This document shows, piece after piece, positions 16,112 through 18,499 of a stretch of 18,499 nt of DNA. The stretch comes from a virus: UHGV virus genome UHGV-0188240; one strand, 5' to 3'. The position numbers and the translations under genes were made by a program. The notes below the pieces were generated by a model that saw only the letters and a program-made list of their open reading frames with translations, had not been told where the DNA came from and made no database searches. Position 1 is the first letter of the stretch, and every line of letters begins with the position of its first letter.

Positions 16112-17175
16112 GCAAGATTGACTATCAGGTACTGCGTGAGGCAGCAGTAGCAATTGAAACAGTAGCAACACCTCAAAAATTGCTGGCATTTCGTATGAAA
16201 GTAACACCTCAGGTTGTGCTGGCTCTACTGGATGAACGAGATGCATTAAATGAACGCCTAGCCGAACTGGAGGCTGATTTAGCAGGGCTGGCCGAAGACC
16301 ACCAGAAAGCGACTGAGTCAATTAAGCAGGCTGATGCAGCTGTTAAGTTGGCACACGAGAAGTTTTCGGCGCTGGCGGCGGAGAATGCGATGTTGAAGCA
16401 ACGGACACAGCAACTTATCAACATCATTAGTAATACTGACAATGACTACTGCATGTGTGGTTCTGCTATGAAAGACCACGTGCACGGCGGATGTGGTTAT
16501 CCTACTGGCATGTTCGATTATTACTACAACCAGTGGCTGGAGTCAGATAACAAAACCCCAGCCACCGATGCTTTCCTGGCTGAAGTTAGGCGTGAGGCAT
16601 CTGAACCACTCCAGAAGGAAATTGAAATCCTTAATAAGAATCTGCTCATGTCTGTTGGCGATATCAGAGACCTTATTGACTACAACCCTGAAACTGGAGT
16701 TCTTACCGCGAAAGTCAACTTTGCAGGTCGTCAGGAAGGAGCAATTATTGGCTCTCAAACTTGGCAGGGCTATTACGCCTTTTCGCTGTTTGGCAAGAAG
16801 TGCTTTGCTCACCGTCTAGCATGGCTTCTACATTACGGAGAATGGCCTTCCCAGCCTATCGACCATATCAATGGCATCAAGAAAGACAACAGCATAAGAA
16901 ACCTGCGCCTTTGCTCTCTATCGCAGAATCAATTCAACAAACCAACCCAGAAAAATAACACCACTGGTGTCAAGGGGGTCTATTGGAATAAGCGCGATAA
17001 GCGATATGTAGCAAGCGTTCAATTTAACGGGAAGAAGTACAGCGCAGGGCACCATAAGGATATCGAAAGCGCAAAGGAAGCCGTTATGAAGCTAAGAGAA
17101 AAACTTGCAGGCGAATTTACTAACCATGGTGAATTCGAACTCGCCGACCAGTTACGACAGGGAGCCGCGCTATGA
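16108..17175 (+). CDS. fusion protein: Ead/Ea22-like N-terminal coiled-coil region plus HNH endonuclease plus AP2-type DNA-binding domain
   Basis: GTG start with SD GGAGG 6 nt upstream; HNH core HRLAWLLHYGEWPSQPIDHINGIKKDNSIRNLRLCSLSQNQ; AP2-like GVKGVYWNKRDKRYVASVQFNGKKYSAGHHKDIESAKEA; Cys/His cluster CMCGSAMKDHVHGGCG; N-terminus paralogous to the ORF at 17441. Confidence 0.7.
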   Translation: MSKIDYQVLREAAVAIETVATPQKLLAFRMKVTPQVVLALLDERDALNERLAELEADLAGLAEDHQKATESIKQADAAVKLAHEKFSALAAENAMLKQRTQQLINIISNTDNDYCMCGSAMKDHVHGGCGYPTGMFDYYYNQWLESDNKTPATDAFLAEVRREASEPLQKEIEILNKNLLMSVGDIRDLIDYNPETGVLTAKVNFAGRQEGAIIGSQTWQGYYAFSLFGKKCFAHRLAWLLHYGEWPSQPIDHINGIKKDNSIRNLRLCSLSQNQFNKPTQKNNTTGVKGVYWNKRDKRYVASVQFNGKKYSAGHHKDIESAKEAVMKLREKLAGEFTNHGEFELADQLRQGAAL

Positions 17176-17444
17176 GCAAATCATACATCGTTATTCAGCA
17201 GTACTGGTGGTGCAACGAGAAAGGCCATGGAGTTGAATACACGACAGACGGCGTTGACTTCGATAAGCGCGATAAGGCAATCAAGCATGGTCTGAAAACA
17301 CAAGGTAGTGATGATTTCAACATCGGCGTTATCGAAGGCGGTAAGCTTGTTTCCTTCGACTGGATGAATGAGCCAGTGGGTGAAAGTGCAGAGACACTTG
17401 CTGAAATTGCAGAAGCCATCGGTTACGAAGGAACCGCCCAATGA
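17172..17444 (+). CDS. hypothetical protein
   Basis: 90 aa; ATGA overlaps with both flanking genes; no recognised family. Confidence 0.45.
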   Translation: MSKSYIVIQQYWWCNEKGHGVEYTTDGVDFDKRDKAIKHGLKTQGSDDFNIGVIEGGKLVSFDWMNEPVGESAETLAEIAEAIGYEGTAQ

Positions 17445-17785
17445 GCAACATCGACAAACAGGCGCTGCGTGAAATCGCAGCGGCAGCAGTTGGCGCACAT
17501 GAGCGCCTTAGTGTTATGCCGCCTGATGACATTTTCGATATCTCACTGGCAGAAGGAACTCAGCTTGATGCAGATATCACTGCCTTGAACGCGCTGAACT
17601 CCGCAGCAAACCCCACTACCGTGCTGGCGCTGCTGGATGAGCTGGAAGCCGCAGAAAAGAAGACTGTCGAAATGCCAACCTTCGACGGCTATGTGCCACA
17701 CGTTGCGCGAGAACTTCAAGCGGCATTCCGCATCGCCTGTGATAACGCTGGCATCAACGTCACCGCAGCCGGTAAAGGGGAGTAA
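17441..17785 (+). CDS. Ead/Ea22-like protein, paralog of the 16108 N-terminus
   Basis: 114 aa; MSNIDKQALREIAAAA... and TVLALLDELEAAEKK parallel [15 protein letters not shown]... and VVLALLDERDALNER in the 16108 gene. Confidence 0.5.
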   Translation: MSNIDKQALREIAAAAVGAHERLSVMPPDDIFDISLAEGTQLDADITALNALNSAANPTTVLALLDELEAAEKKTVEMPTFDGYVPHVARELQAAFRIACDNAGINVTAAGKGE

Positions 17786-17787
17786 GC

Positions 17788-17964
17788 ATGAAATACGAAA
17801 TCCCGGAATCAGAAGATATTGAATGGCAGCAGGATATGCTCCGTGAAATAGACAGCGCCCTTGATGTCTTGCGTGATGAACATGAGCACGCAGAGGTAGT
17901 GGAGGAAATCATCAATGATATCACCGCGAGAATAGCATCACTCCGCGCGTACTCTGGATACTGA
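17788..17964 (+). CDS. hypothetical small acidic protein (not in ORF track)
   Basis: 58 aa MKYEIPESEDIEWQQDMLREIDSALDVLRDEHEHAEVVEEIINDITARIASLRAYSGY; SD GGGGAG upstream. Confidence 0.35.
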   Translation: MKYEIPESEDIEWQQDMLREIDSALDVLRDEHEHAEVVEEIINDITARIASLRAYSGY

Positions 17965-17974
17965 GGACTAACCT

Positions 17975-18499
17975 ATGAGCACTATTACCAGAGAATTCAC
18001 CAAAGAGCAGTTACAGCAAATTATCGAAACTGACCACGTTCAATGCGGTGAGGCTTCGGCGCTGGCGCGTATCGCGCTGGCATCGCTCGAAGCGGAGCCT
18101 GTGGCGTGGGCGCACAGATTAATCAACAAGCGTAACGGAGTCGTTCACCCTTGGGTTTACGGTAGCGCAGAGGCGTGTCCAAGCGAGGGGGATATCTTCA
18201 ATATTGAGGTAATGCCGCTCTACACCGCCCCGCCAGCGCCGGTATCTGTGCCCGCTGCGATGGAAATTGATGATGACTTTGACAGCGCGTTTGAACACGG
18301 AAAAGCTGTCGGCTGGAACGCCTATCGCGCCGCCATGCTTCAGGCCGAACCTGTAAGTAATAGTGATGAGTTACCGCTGGACTATCTGCAAGGACACAAA
18401 GACGGCCTGGAGTGGGCTGCACAATTGGCAGAAGCCAATCATCCGCAAACAGGTGACTGGTTGTACGACGACCAAATCGATCTTGCCAGGGCGATTCGC
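17975..18499 (+). CDS. hypothetical protein, 3'-truncated by the window edge
   Basis: Open frame of 175 codons from ATG 17975 to the end of the window with no stop; SD AGGA upstream; absent from the track, presumably because it is incomplete. Confidence 0.45.
   Translation, partial: MSTITREFTKEQLQQIIETDHVQCGEASALARIALASLEAEPVAWAHRLINKRNGVVHPWVYGSAEACPSEGDIFNIEVMPLYTAPPAPVSVPAAMEIDDDFDSAFEHGKAVGWNAYRAAMLQAEPVSNSDELPLDYLQGHKDGLEWAAQLAEANHPQTGDWLYDDQIDLARAIR

Noticed and set aside
18198-18422. Minus-strand 74-aa ORF near the 3' end
   Set aside because: Antisense to the long open plus-strand frame from 17975; Arg/Pro/Gln-rich composition typical of a GC-rich antisense frame.

Overview
This window is the early-to-lysis region of a mosaic lambdoid prophage (enterobacterial type); no integrase, attachment site or structural genes are present. 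Module order is clear from the sequence. The minus strand carries the rightward operon: cro, nutR, cII, an inserted GIY-YIG-like gene, O-like initiator with embedded ori iterons, DnaC-like loader, a nin region (ninB/E/F, Rha-KilAC antirepressor, ybcO-like, rusA, ninH), Q, a pR'/tR' leader, two tRNA-like genes, then holin, endolysin and Rz/Rz1. The plus strand carries the leftward operon: phage 434-type cI with three 434-consensus operators, a gene coupled to cI, a terminator, OL/PL, lambda-type nutL and N, a block of terminator-bounded accessory genes, cIII, kil, erf, ssb, and Ead/Ea22-like genes including an HNH-AP2 endonuclease fusion. The last ORF runs off the 3' end. CDS coordinates include the stop codon, as in the supplied track. 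Several starts were re-placed on internal ATG/GTG codons with a Shine-Dalgarno, and several ORFs under 60 aa (cIII, kil, others) are absent from the track. Family calls rest on recalled similarity and motifs; no database search was run. The best candidates for undescribed biology are the accessory genes at classic lambdoid moron positions: the secreted protein coupled to cI, the small-protein plus membrane-protein pair after N, the repeat-bounded cassette at 11141-12241, and the GIY-YIG-like insertion between cII and O. None can be assigned a function from sequence alone.
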